This document shows, piece after piece, positions 12,791-26,291 of a DNA stretch of 64,000 nt (its first letter is position 1; the number at the start of each line of letters is the position of its first letter). The stretch covers positions 27,898,665 to 27,962,664 of the forward strand of contig CM119265.1 of assembly GCA_051294375.1 (NCBI GenBank). The letters are read 5' to 3'. Under the pieces are notes generated by a model. It made no database searches and was not told where the DNA came from. It saw only the letters and a program-made list of their open reading frames with translations. Source of the stretch: Paraspadella gotoi. Its lineage: Eukaryota > Animalia > Chaetognatha. Made by a program: the position numbers and the translations under genes.

Positions 12791-14141
12791 ATTTGATAGG
12801 ATGTGAATTTTAAGGATGGAAGAATAAAGTAATCTTCATCTACTAATTGAGAGGTCAAAAAATTATTGCATCATTAAATTGTAAGGGAAGGCAGGTACTC
12901 TGAAGGAAATAAATTACCATATTTTTAGAGAGACTCAATTGTAAGCTTGCAGGGTCCTGCTATGTTATTATTCTGTAAGAGGGATGCTGGCTTAACCAAC
13001 CATAAACCGTCCAAAGTCAGGGGTAAGATATAATATTTATTGAATGAATGGATATTTTTGTATTGGTCGCACTAATTTCATAAAATGGGAGAAAGATAAT
13101 TTTAGTGATAAAAAAGTGAAGAAAAAGATAATAAGGAAATAATGTTAAAAAAAACAGGAGAGTAAAAATAGATTAATATATGTAAAGCTTAGTAAGATTA
13201 TAAAAAGTAATAGAGAAATAAAACGTTTAAAATCGGATATCGTGGGGAAAAAGGAAGAGAGATTTGACAGCTGGATATAAAAGATTTACAATATTTTTTT
13301 AGGCATTATTAAAGTTAATTATATGGAGTTCATAAACTAGACTGAGTAAGTTTTGATTTAAAACTTGCAAGGACCTGCTATGTCATTATCTTGTATGAGT
13401 GAGGAAGGCCTTAAACCACCAAAGCCATTCCAAAGTCAGGGGCAAGATAGCTTATTAATAAATGCTAGCATCACAGGAACGATTGTAATGTTTCTATTAT
13501 TTGTAGGTAGGGCAGAGAGGATGTTAAAAAACAAAAAAGTGCCATCTCTGAAACCTAGAAAATCTAGAGTATACCCATGAGACTCTTAATGTGGTAGGTC
13601 AGCAAAATCCGATCAAAGCAGGATTTTTTAAATGCTATTTAAGGTTTTTTTTTTAATTTTTTTTAATACTTTAATAGTTTTAATGAATATGCTTATGATT
13701 TGAATGTATATATGTCTATCGTTATCTACAAAGCATAAGCTTTAATATGAGAACTCTAATAAAAACTTTATTGTTGTTCCACGAAAATTTTCGTTTTTAA
13801 TTAATGAGAACTCTCTTTAAAATTAATAATCTTTGTTTACTATTATTATGATTTGATTTTATATATATTTTTAATTGGTTTTAAGTCCTAATAAGTAGAA
13901 CCACATTTTTATCTGTATCTATTTGTATATTTTAAGAAATTATCCATTTGGAAGTACTTATTAAAAAATTGTTTAAAAAAATTATAATAAGTCAGAGAAA
14001 AAAAAGATAAAAGTTTCTTATATTTTGTTTTACGAAAAAAAGAGCAAAAATGAAAAAAATAAAAATGAAGAAACAAAAAAACAAACAAAAGAATGAGAGA
14101 AGTTAAACTCAGTGGGAGAGAGAGGGAGAGAGAGAGATAGT

Positions 14142-14179
<38 letters not shown>

Positions 14180-14507
14180 GAGGGAGAGTTGGAGAGAGAG
14201 TTAGAGTGAGGTAGAGAGAGAGGGGGAAACAGAGTAAAAGGGAAACATAGAGAGAGAGAGTTATAGAGAAAGTTAGAGAGAGAGAGGGAGAGAAAGAGCA
14301 AGAGAGGGGAAGAGAAGAGTGAGAGGGAGAACAGAGAGAGAGCATATTAGAATTGCAATTGGAGGAGAACGAAAAATTGTTGAACATCAGTCGGCAAACT
14401 TGCTTTTCAGAGTCGAAGGCAAGTGAGATGGGGGGGGCGGAAGGGGGAGGCCGATGGGGGAAGAGTAAGTGAAGAAATTGCAGGGATTTCTTGCGTATTG
14501 TGTCGAC

Positions 14508-14540
<33 letters not shown>

Positions 14541-15273
14541 GAGAGAGCAGAGAGCAGAGAGAGAGAGAGAGAGACGAGAAGGAGAGAGAGCAGAAGAGAG
14601 AGAGAGAGACATATTATTTTAACGAGGCTGAGCTTGACGGAGGCGACAGAACTCAACGACAAAAACTAAACGACAAACAACAGGAAATTAAGGATAATTT
14701 TTATAATTTTCTAATCATTTCGTCGCAAACCGCTTGTCTTTCCAACGGCTGAAACACGAGACGAAGTCGCACCATGAATTTGTCGCGATGCAGACACCGC
14801 ATGGACCAATTAACACAAAAACGTCCCGACGACGACCACAATGACAAGATTGATGAGAGACGACGCGACCACAATGAAATGAATGACGACCAGGACGATG
14901 AACACGACCACAATGACAATTGCACACTGACGACCACGACTATGACGAGAAATGACCAAACCAAAATGACAATAATGACGACAACGAACGAGAACACCAA
15001 ATCGACAAAGAATGACAACAACACACAATGACAAATGATTGGACGCGAACGTCGACGACCACAAATGAACATGATGACGACAACGACGATGACGACGCCA
15101 CAATGACAATGATGACGACAACGACGACAACAATGACAAAACGCAAGCGACCCATGAATCGACAGACGAGACCAATACATGTGACAAAGACTTACAACAC
15201 GTCTCTCACCAGATATTCAGATCATTTCGACACACAATGAAGACCACAAACCACGGCGCGTCAACGTCTCCAC

Positions 15274-15430
15274 CAGAGTTGGGTGTGGAGTCCAAATCGT
15301 AAGAAAGGCCTGCCGTTTTGTCTGCATTCAATTCTGGGGGGGAAGTTTGACCTTGAACGTCCGTTGCAAGCCGGCAAGAAGGAAGTAGGATTGGAGTAGT
15401 TTCCAGTGGTCGATGAAACTCAGTTGACAT
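15274..15430 (-). other. Exon 4, redundant noisy copy
   Basis: Aligns with 8428-8571. Confidence 0.7.
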
Positions 15431-16209
15431 CTGGATGGGATGGGTGGATTCGGGTGGGTGGGATGGGGGAAACGAGAGGGAAGGGGGTTAAAGTGGAATT
15501 GGGGGAAGAGAGGGAGGAGAGGATAAAAGGGACGTAGGGTGAGTTACCAATTAAGAGAGGAAAACATGAATTAAATTATAAAATAGTCGCATTAAAAAAG
15601 AGTTAACAGTAAATGAAGGCCTGTATTAAGTGTCCCTCGATTTGAAAGCTTGTTGATTCTGTAAGTTACAATATTGTAAGAGGGATGGAAGGTTGTAACC
15701 CACCAAAAGTTAAAATTTACATTCATTGTAACTATTTCAGGTAACAATACAATCGCCTTCATATTCGGAATTTTCAACCCGGAAAATAAATTCGAACAAG
15801 AAAAAGAATTTTGTCGAAACTATTTTTTTTAATTTTGGGATTTTTTTTTCTCTCGAATTTTTTATTAGACAGAAAATAAATTGGGTTTTCGAATTTTTAG
15901 GGTGACGAGCCACGCTGGGGCGGAATTTCAGAGGCTCTGAAAACACCTCTACTCTCTTTTTTTCCCTTTTTTGCATAGAGCAAATACAGAGAGAGAGAGA
16001 CAGACGAGACGAGAGAGAGAGGAGAGAGAGAGCAGACGAGAGAGAGAGAGGAAGAGAGAGAGACGAGAGAGAGAGAGAGAGAGAGAAAGAGATTGGTAAG
16101 AGAGAACACCGTTTTTCTGTCGATTTGATTTTTATAGAATGAACATTAATTTTTCGATTTCACTCAACAAACCACACGCAACTACCTTTTGGAGTACCTG
16201 AGAGAGATA

Positions 16210-16241
<32 letters not shown>

Positions 16242-16719
16242 AGGAAGAGTAAAAAAGAAGGAGAAGAGCAAAAAGGAAGAGAGAGAGAAAATCATGTTTT
16301 GCTTAATTCTGGCATGACGCCACGCCCTACAAAACAATCGAAATATTTCCGTCGCCGATCTTAGATCATAACATTTACTGTCGTTGTACTGTAAGTGTGA
16401 CTATTCTGTTTTTTATGTTTACTCTTCAGTTTAACCTATTCGGTCTTTTTTTAATTTTCGTTAATATAATATATAATGATAATATAAAATTTTAAGTTAT
16501 ATAACTTCATCATCAACATCATCATCAGAATCATCCTGCATATGCATTATCATCATCAAATTTTTTGCAATAGTTTTTGCTTATTTGTTATTTTTAAATT
16601 TTTTTGACTTTTTGACTAGATTTCTTCTCTTCATTTTTTTTAAATGTTTATTATTTCTTTTTTCAATTCTTTCTTTCCTTCTTCTTATGCCTTTTTCTTA
16701 TCTTCCTTCTTCCTCTTAT

Positions 16720-18360
16720 CTCCTCCTCCCCTTCTCCTTCGTCCATCCTCTCCCTCCTCTCCCAAACCATTTTCTTGTCTCCTCAATCCTCTTCCTTCTC
16801 TCCTCTCCTTTCTTCCTCCCCTTCCTTCCTCTTCTTTCCTCTTCCCTTCCTTCTCCCAAACCCATTTTCATTGTCTCCTCTCCTTTCCTTCTCTCTCTCC
16901 GATCTTCTCCTCCCCCCTTCCTCCTCTTCTTCCTCTCCCCTCCTTCTGCCAAAAAACCCATTTTCTTGTCTTCCTCCTCTCTTCTTCTCTTCCTCTCCTC
17001 TTCTTCCTCCCCTTCTCTCTATTCTTTCCTCTTCCCTCCTTCCCCAAACCCATGTTTCACTTGTCTGCCTCCTCCTCTCCCTCTCTATCGCTCCTCCTCT
17101 TCCTCTCACTCCTTTCTCCTCTTCTTTCCTCTTCCCCTCCCCTCGCCAAACCCATTTTTCTTGTCTCTCCTCGCTCTTCCTTCTCTTCCTCCTCCTCTTC
17201 TTCCTCCGCCTTACCTCTCTTCTTTCCTCTTCCCCTGCCTTCTCCCGAAACACCATTTTCTTGTCTCCTGCCTCTCTTCCCTCTCGTTTCTCCTCCTCTT
17301 CCTCTTCCCCTTCCTCCTCTTTCTTTCTCTTGCCCCTCTTCTCGCAAACCATTCTTGTCTCCTCTCCTCTTCTTCTCTTCCTCCTGCTCTTCCTCCTCCC
17401 TTCCTCCTCTTCTTTCCTCTTCCCCTCCTTTTTCCCAAACAACATTTCTTGTCTCGCTCTCCTCTTCCCCCTGTCTCCTCCTTTCCTCCTCCCCCTTCTC
17501 CCTCTTCTTTCTCTTCCCTCCTTCTCCCAAACCCATTTTCTTGTCTCTCCTCCTCTTGACTTACACTCTCCTCCTCCTCTTCCTTCCTCCCCGCTTCTCC
17601 TGCTTCTTTGCGCTCTTCCCCTCCTTCCCCAAACCCATTTTCCCTTGTCTCTCTCTCCTCTCCTTCTCTTCTCCTCCTCTTCCTCCCTCCCCTTCCTCCT
17701 CTTTTTCCCTCTTTTCCCCTCCTTCTCCCAAACCATTTTCTTGTCTGCCTCCTCCCTTCCTTCTCTGTCTCCTCTCATTCCTACCTGCCCCTTCCCTCGC
17801 TCTTCTTTCCTCTTCCCATCCTTTCTCTCTCCCCAACCCATTTTCTTGTCTCCTCCTCCTCTTCCCTTCTTTTCCCTCCTCCTCTCTCCTACCCCTTTCT
17901 CCTCTTCTTTCCTCTCGCCTCCTTCTCCCAAACCCATTTTCTTGTAATCTCCTCTCTTCCTTCTCTTCCTCCCTCCTGCTTCCTCCTCCCCTTCCTCCTC
18001 TGTCCTTCTTTCCCCTCCTTCTCCCAAACCCATTTTTCTTGTCTCTCACTCCTCTTCCTCTTCCTCTCCTCTCTTCCTCCCTCTCTTTCTTCTCTTCCCC
18101 TCCTTCTTCCAAACCATTTTCTTGTCCCTCCTCCTCTTCTCTCTCCTCCTCCTTTTCCTCTTCTCCTCTTCTTTTCCTCTCCCCTCCTCTCCCAAACCAT
18201 TTTCCTGTCTCTACTCCTTCCTTCTTCCTCTCCTCTTCCTCCTCCTCTTCCTCCCTCTTCTGCCCTTCCCTCTCTCGACTCTTCTTTCTCTCTCCTGCTT
18301 CCTCTCTTCCTTTCTCCTCCTGCTTCTTGGCTCTCCAAACGCTCATTTTCCTTGTCTCCT
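16720..18360 (+). repeat. Same ~94-bp VNTR, expanded (~17-18 units)
   Basis: Anchor recurs about every 90-100 bp between the same flanks as 9780-10130. Confidence 0.85.
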
Positions 18361-20521
18361 CCGCCATAATTTGGCGAAGGGCGGCCTTTTTTTAACGAGA
18401 AACCCGGCCCTCACACCAAAAGGCTTCCTTTTTGCCAAGGCCCACATCGGGTCAACGGTCTGGACCAAGCAGCGAGGCTTGCCTTTACCATCACGTCCAT
18501 AATTACGTATCATCTTAAGTTCCATTCTGTTTCTAATTGGTTTAATAAGCATTTAATCAAGTGTATGTAAACTAAGTTAGTAGGTAAATTGAGAAACCAA
18601 CAATACTTTAAAAATGTCTTCCAATATTTAAAGAAAACCGAATCAAATCTTTCGGAAAAACTCGTCGACAAAAAAAAATATGACTGCTGAATATTTTATT
18701 GGCGCCCATTTTCCTTGAACGACTTCTAACTCAACCTCAGACCATAAAAGGGAAAAAAGAAAAAAACTTATACACGCACATAAGAGGGACAATAACCAAG
18801 AGTTGATTGGAGCAATCAATACCTTCAATCAGTTTCATTCATTATGTAAATAAATAATATTATTCAAATACTTTAAAATAGTCAACCACGTTTTAAATAA
18901 TTTTACTCTCTTAGTCGCTCCGCGAACAATTTTTAGCACTTCTGTCATTCAATGCACAATGAACAAATATAATGCCTTACAAGCAATTCTCCTCAATCTA
19001 ACCAAGCAAATAATTCTCCCTAAATCTCTCTCTCTTTCTCCACGTCGTTCAGACTGAAACGGGCTTCTTCGTTTTCCCTTCGGCCGGATGAGCATCAATC
19101 ACTCGTTTTTAGCTCTTCAAACCAAAATCTTTTTTTTAGTCGCGGGCAAGACGGCTGTTTTATAAGAAAGCCGGTTGGTCTAGTCAGTCTTATGTAGATT
19201 GTTATGTAAACAAATGCAGAAGGAAAAGCCAGAAAGACTAACAGGAGGCAGGAAAAAGAAAATGTTTAAATACAATGAGGGTCAGAAAATTAAATATATA
19301 AATTACACACACAGGAATTATGAATATAAAATATTGAAAAAAATTTTCCAGATCCAGATGAAAACGCCGAATCTTGGCAACAAACCACTTAGACGTAACT
19401 TATTGGGCAGTATGCGGGCGCAGCGCTTAAGTAATTGTTGTTAACAAAGACTTAGAAAAGTAAAGAATAAGAGGAAGAGATCGCGGCTAATGAAATAGTC
19501 CCTTGTTTTTGTTATGTGTTTTTTTTCTTATTAAAAAAAATTCGTTGCCAAAGTTTTCTTCCTCGTGGAACTTTGCGCCAAAACGTCAGTTCAAACTCAT
19601 TTGTAACAAAAAAACAGTTTTGGTCGAAGAACGTTTAACGCTTAGTAACTGTTACAGCGGAGAGAAAATAATAGTTGGATTAAATCGCATTAAAATCCTT
19701 TTATTCATGAAGTCGAAATCCCGAACGTGGCCCGAGGATATCTGTCGTTCGCCGATACTTTTATCCACAGAATTCCACAGAAGTCACGTAAATGGATCAA
19801 ATACATCCCACATCCAATAAAGTTGACCATCCTCAACTTACAAACATCAATGGTCTACAGCGAAGTAGAAGGAATATCCTCTATGCGGTTCTCAGTGAAG
19901 AAAACGAAAATCGGCTGATTGCTTCGTGCGTAAGAACATTGGCTGCTACAAAGGGCCCTGGGGAAGCATAAATCGGAGATTAAAAACATATCTGTAATGT
20001 TGTCAGTGAATGTGATTGATGTAGATTCAATTAGTTTTTGTACCAGTATTTTTTGTTTTTGAATTTAATTCACATGTGCTGCTTTTGAATATTTTTCGGG
20101 TGTACCATCATCCTTATCTAGATTTAGACATTATTCCTCCTCCTCTGCCTTGTTCTCATCTCAGCACACGACTGTTTGTCTTCTTGGGCCAAAATCTAAC
20201 TTTCTAGGTCATCACTTGACCCAGTTTTTTGGTGCACATTGTCATCTTTTTTTATTCCATATGCATACTTTTGACTCTCTTCACATCGTTTTTTTTATTA
20301 ATTCTTCTTCTTTGTGTCAGATCCACAATAAATTAAGTCTATTCAAAGAGTGACGTCGGGAGATTTCTGTCTATGAAGTTCTTATTCAAATATACATATA
20401 AGTCTGTACTATCTATTTAACTAACTGAACATACTCCAAAACATATTACTTCCATTGCCTTTCGGCTTTAATAATATCTCACACATTCACTACTTCCCGT
20501 TCGTTCTCTCTATTCTCATGC

Positions 20522-20903
20522 CGGAAACGAAAGCCCGTGTAATCCTTGTAAGTCGGCAGTCGAGTTTGACGCTTGGCAATCGCGTGTGATTGGCAAAGTT
20601 TTCGCGATCGGACGGCTGCGTCCGGTGGCGGATGACGCGCTCGGCAATTTGGCGCCGTTGCGGGACCAGACGGAGGCGCCGCACGGACACCGGGGATGTG
20701 AGGAAGTACCGTGATGAGGAGCGGAGGATAGGAGGTGGAGGATGGAGGAAGAGGAGGGGCGGCGCGAAGGGGCAGGAGGGGACGAGGAATGGCGGGAGGA
20801 GAGATAGGGATGAGAGGAGGAGGGGCGGGGGCCTTTGAGTTGTTTGATTAGCGATAGCGGGGCGTAGGAGGTGAGACGACACACGAGAGTGGGTTTCTAT
20901 GAC
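20522..20903 (-). other. Exon 3, insertion-rich redundant copy B
   Basis: Aligns by eye with 12089-12416, with many single-base insertions. Confidence 0.7.
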
Positions 20904-23900
20904 CAGTGAGGGTTAGGATAAGGGGTTTGGATAGGAGGTGGGCGATAGGAGTCGGGAAAGTGGGTTTGGATAGAGGTGAAGATTAGGGGTGGTGGGAAGG
21001 GGTTAGGTTTGGATAGAAGTGGGGGATAAGGGGGTCGGGAAAGGGGTTTTGGATAGAAGCTGGGGATAGGGGACCTCGCCGGGAAAGGAGGGTTTGGANN
21101 NNNNNNNNNNNNNNNNNNNNNNNNNNNNNNNNNNNNNNNNNNNNNNNNNNNNNNNNNNNNNNNNNNNNNNNNNNNNNNNNNNNNNNNNNNNNNNNNNNAA
21201 TTTAACATTCATTGTAACTATTTCAGGTACATACGACTCGGTCCTTTCGATATTTTCAACCCCGGAAATCAAATTCGACATGAAAAAATTTATGTTTCGA
21301 AACTTTTTCTTTCATTTTGGGATTTTTTTTCTCTTCGAATTTTTATTAAAACAGGAAAATAAATTGGGTTTTCGAATTTATTAGGGTGACGCAGCATGGG
21401 GCGAGACATTTCAGAAGGCTCTGAAAAAACATTCTCTTTATTTTTCTGTTTTTGATAAGAAATACAGAGAGAGAGAGACGGAGAGAGAGATCAGACGACG
21501 CGAGAGAGAGAGAGACCGGGAGGAGGGACGAGAGATAGAGAGAGAGAGAGAGAGAGAGGACGAGAGAGATTGCTAGAGCAGGGAAACGTTTTTCTGGTCG
21601 ATTTGATTTATAGAAATGAACATTATTTTTTCGATTTCACTCACAAACCCACGCAACTACCTTCTGGAGTACCTTGAGCAGAATGAGAGAGAGAGAGACG
21701 ACGACGAGACCACGCACGTCAGGGACGAGAACGAGAGAGAGAGAGAGAGAGAGAGAGTAAAAAAAGAAGGAGAGAGGAAAAAGCAAATGAGACGCAGAGA
21801 GAAAACCAGTGTTTTGCTTAATTGGCATGACGCCACGGCCCACAAAACAAATCGAAATATTTCCGTCCCAAGATCTTTAGAAATCATAAAATTGTATTGC
21901 GTTGTACTGTAGTAGTGACTATTTCTTGTTTTATGTTTTACTCTTCACAGTTAAACTATGTCGGGTCTTTTTTAATTTCGTTAATATTAATATAAATATA
22001 AATAATAATAAAAATTTTAATTTCATTATAACTTCATTTCAATCAGTCTCACTCATCATCATCATCATCTCAGAATCACATCATTCTCATCATTATCATC
22101 ATCACAGTCATTTTTTTTGCAGATAGTTTTCTTATTGTTATTTTTATTTTTTTGAACTTTCTTGACCTCTAGATTTCTTCTCTTCATTTTTAAAATTTTA
22201 TATTTTCTTTTTTTTCAGTCTTTCTTTCTTCGTCTTTACCTTTTTCCTTATCTTCCTTTCTTCCTCCTTTCTCCTTTCTCCGCCTTCCTCCTCTGCCATC
22301 CCTCCTTCCCCTCCTTCTTGCCAACCAATTTTTTCTTGTCTCCTCATCCTCTTCCTCCTCCCCCTTCCTCCTCTTCTTTCCCCTCTTCCCTCCTTCTCCC
22401 AAACCAATTTCTTGTCTCCTCCTACCTCTTCCTCCTTCCCCTTCCTCCTTCTTCTCTTCCTTTTCCCCTCCTTCTCCCAAAAACCCATTCTTCTGTCTCC
22501 TCCTCCTCTTCCTTTCTTCCTCCTTCCTCTTCCTCCTCCCCTTCCTCCTCTTCCTTCCTCTTCACCTACCTTCCCCAAACCCATTTTCTGTCTCCTCCGC
22601 CCAAATAAATTTGGCGAAGGCAGGCCCTTTTTTTCACGACCCGCCACCCAACAGCTCTTGCAGGCCATCCGTCCACGGTCTTGCGCGACCAGCAGCGAGT
22701 TGCCTACTTACATCACGTCCCCCATCAATAACCGTATCATCTAAGTTCACTTCGTTTTCTAACTGTTATTACATTTAACTCAAGTTACGTAAACTATCTA
22801 GTAGTGATAGGAAATTGAGAAGAACCAACACATACTTTAAAAAATCTTTTCAATATTTAAAGAAACTTAACTCACAAATCTTTGGAAAAAAACTTCTTCC
22901 GAAAAAAAAAAATATCGACTGCTGAATATTTTATATGCGCCATCTTTTCTTGAGGACTCTAACTCAACCTCAGACATAAAGGAAAAAGAACTTATACACG
23001 CACATAAAGGGAAATAAACAAAAAGTAGTTGATTGAGCAATCAATCATTCAACTCAGTTAATTCATTATGTAAATAAATTACTAATATTCAAACTTAATC
23101 AGGCTCAACACGTTTTATAATTTATTACTCTCTTATCGCCTTCCGCAACAACTTTTTCGCACTTCTCGTCAATAATGCCACAATGACAAACATAAATCCT
23201 TCAAGCAATTCTCCAATTCTAACCAAAGCAAATAAGTCTCCTTAAAAATTTCTCTCTCTCTTTCCTTTCCCCGTCGTTCACGAACTGCAAACGGGCTTCT
23301 TCGTTTCCCTCGGCCGATGAGCATCAATCAACTCAGTTTTACTCTTTCAAAACCAAATCTTTTTTTTAGTCGCGGCAGACGCTGGTTCTATAAGAAACCG
23401 GCTGTTGGTCAGTCAGTCATATGGTAGATGTTATGTAAACAATGAGAAGGGAAAAAGCAGACGATTAACAGAGCCGAGGAAACAAAACAAGTCAAAAATT
23501 ATTAAAACAATGCAGGCGTAGGAAAATTAAATTCATAAATATAAAACAGGATTATAATAATAAAATGAAAAAAAAAATTTAATTCCAGATCCAGATGAAA
23601 CCCGAATCTGGCCAAACAACCACTTAGACGTAACCTTATCTGGGAGCAACGCTAATAGCGGGGCGGGCTTACGCCTTTAAGTTAATTGTGGTTAACAAAA
23701 CCTTAGAAAAGATAAGAACTAAGAGAGGACGAGATCCGCGGACTAATGAAATAGTCCTTTTTTTATTGTTTTTTTTCTTCTTTAAACAAAAAAATTCCAG
23801 TTGCCAAAGTTTTCTTTCCTCGCTGGACCTTGCCAAAAACGTCAGTCAAACTCATTGTAACAAAAAAACATTGGTGGTCGAAAGACGTTACCTTAGTAAC

Positions 23901-24670
23901 TGATTAAGGCGGGAGAAATACAGTAGGATTGAATCGATTAAAAAATCCTTTTATCAACATAATGAAAGTCGAACCATCTCCGAAACGTGGCCCGAGATAT
24001 CGTCAGTCTTCGCGCCATACTCTTTATCCACAAGAACTGCCACAGAAAACTCCGAATGGATCCAAAGATACATCCACATCAATAAAGTTGACCATCTCAA
24101 CTTACAAAATCAATGGTCTACAGCGAAGTAAGGAATATCTCTATCGGTTCTCTGAAGAAAACGAAAATCGGCTGATTGCTTCGTAAGAACATTGGCTGCT
24201 ACAAACGAGAAAAATCATACTGTATGTTGTGTCAGTGAATGTGATTGATGTAGATTCAATTAGTTTTGTACCAGTATTTTTTTTGTTTGAAAATTTTTCA
24301 CGTGCTGCTTTTGAATATTTTCGGGTGTACAATCATCCTTAATCTAATTTAGACATTATTCTCCTCTGCCTGTTCTCATCTCACACCTGTTTGTCTTCTG
24401 GCCAAATCTACTTTTCAGGTCATCACTGACCAATTTTTGGTGCACATCAGTTTTTTTATTCCATGCATACTTTGACTCCTTCATCGTTTTTTCATTAATT
24501 CTTCTTTGTAGTCAGTCCAAAATAATTAAAAGGATCTTTACTTCTCATTCTTTTCATATACATATAATCTGTACCTATCTATTTAACTGAACATACCTCC
24601 AAAACATATCACTTCCATGCCTTTCGCTTTAATCACACATTCACATCTCCGTTCGTTCTCTCATTCTCAC

Positions 24671-24923
24671 CGGAACGAAGCCCCGTGATCCTTGTAAGTC
24701 GGAGTGAGTTTGACGCTGCATCGCGTGTGATTGGCAAAGTTTTCGCATCGGACGCCGTCGGGCGGATGACGCCGCAATTTGGCGCCGTTGCGGGACCAGA
24801 CGAGGCGCCGCACGGACCCGGATGTGAGGAAGCCGGATGAGGAGGAGGAGGAGGTGGAGGAGGAGGAAGAGGAGGGGCGGCGGAAGGGGAGGAGGGGACG
24901 AGGAATGGCGGAGGAAGAGGAGG
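24671..24923 (-). CDS. Exon 3 of Ig gene, cleanest copy (5' part lost in 25-N gap)
   Basis: Uninterrupted frame SSSSAIPRPLLPFRRP...LVWSRNGAKLRRHPPDGVRCENFANHTRCSVKLTPTYKDHGASFR with donor at 24670. Confidence 0.8.
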
Positions 24924-24961
24924 NNNNNNNNNNNNNNNNNNNNNNNNNAAAAGAGAGAGAT

Positions 24962-26291
24962 ACCTTCCACCACAAATGCAACGACATGGGATTGAGTGGA
25001 GATTTAATCACCCACACCCCCACACTGGGGAGGTGTGTGGAAAGACTCCTCAGGAGTAATGAAAAAGATTCTTCATGCAATTCTCGATAAGAAAGTTAGA
25101 CAAATGAAGTATTTGACACTGCCATTGCTCAAAGGTTGAAAATGTATGAACAAACGTCCACCGTCACTAAGAGCTTCAGAAACGACGCCTCAGCGATCGC
25201 AGTGGCATTATCCCCATTCATATTCTCAATCCTGGTCTCCCCGGCACTGTATGTTGACACGGTGGCCTGTCGTTCCGATGGCAAAGATATTTCTAACAGC
25301 ATGGGTTCCAGTCCCAAGCTCTTCGTCAACAGCTTTTGGAAGAGGTTGGAAACAGGAATATTTGACCACCTTCTAAACAAACGCCAACAAATGGAGCTCA
25401 ACTCGTCAAACTTGCGCATCGGGTGACCTTGTCCTTATGGCATGATGATAAAGCACCGAGAAATCATTGGCCAATAGCATTAGTTGATGGGATTATAGGT
25501 GATGTGATCTTGTTCGTCGCGTAAGCAGTTCGTACACCTCCGTTGGCAAGTCTTTGACCGTGACCGTTCACGTTTAGTACTATTGATTAGAAGGTAATGA
25601 ACCCGAGATTGAGGAAAATACTGTTGATGAAATATTATTTAATGCTTACATTTTAACATGTTTTTTAAAATTTGTTCATTTTATGATTGTATGTTTTTAA
25701 ACTGTATTAATGTTGCCTATTGCACACAGGGCGGGGAATGTTGAATACTTTTGGATGCATTATGAATTAAATTAGTAGTCTCTTGTTTTTCTCTCTATAA
25801 CAGTCGCGACAGGCCATATTTCTATATTACTTACTAATTTTATGTGCTGCCATCTTGAATGAGTTTTGTAAATATTTGTAGAAACAAAAGTCAGCAGCCC
25901 TATATAAAAGGCAGCTTTCACTTGTTTGAGTCACTGAGGTTGGAATATCTCCTGGCTAAAAGGATGTAAGTATTTTTGTCTTATAATGATTATTTTTCTT
26001 TAAAGAATAAGTTTCTATAAATTGTTATTTTTTTAAGTTTTTAGTGTTTTATACTCCCTTACTAAAAAATGGAAACTACAATTGCAATGCTGCTTTAAAT
26101 TTGTTATTGTCCTTCTACTGTCTACATGAAATATGACTTATGTAATAAAACGATTTAAACCTAAATGGAGTTAACTAAATTCCTTGAAATGCCAATTAAA
26201 CAACTCGAATTGAACACCTCAGTTAAAGAGTAATATAACGTTAATATCTCTTCGTCAACTAACTCTACGAAACGTCCGTTACTCGGGAACA
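24962..26291 (+). mobile_element. BEL/Pao LTR retrotransposon, 3' portion (integrase C-terminus, PPT, 3' LTR)
   Basis: Frameshifted translation gives IEWRFN..PHWGGVWERL.RS.KKIL and FWKRWKQEYLTT...KW....GDLVLM.DDKAPRNHWPIALV, the BEL/Pao integrase core and C-terminal (DUF5641-type) motifs. Polypurine tract AGGGCGGGGAA precedes the LTR. Confidence 0.9.
25739..26291 (+). repeat. 3' LTR (553 bp)
   Basis: Starts TGTT directly after the PPT and ends AACA; TATATAAAA at 25901 and AATAAA at ~26144; host minisatellite resumes at 26292. Confidence 0.85.

Larger units (their letters stand above)
13240..24923 (+). other. Redundant assembly copies of 6343-12800
   Basis: 13240-21098 repeats 6343-~12600, and 21199-24923 repeats ~8830-12330; differences are mostly single-base indels. 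Confidence 0.85.

Noticed and set aside
16585-18395. Long ORFs up to 583 aa in several frames
   Set aside because: Translations of a CT-rich VNTR that lacks stop codons on both strands.
8428-24923. Dscam-like array of mutually exclusive Ig exons (exon 3 x3, exon 4 x2)
   Set aside because: Whole introns and TEs are copied too, differences are frameshifting indels rather than amino-acid divergence, and the copies abut 25-N and 100-N gaps. This fits assembly redundancy.
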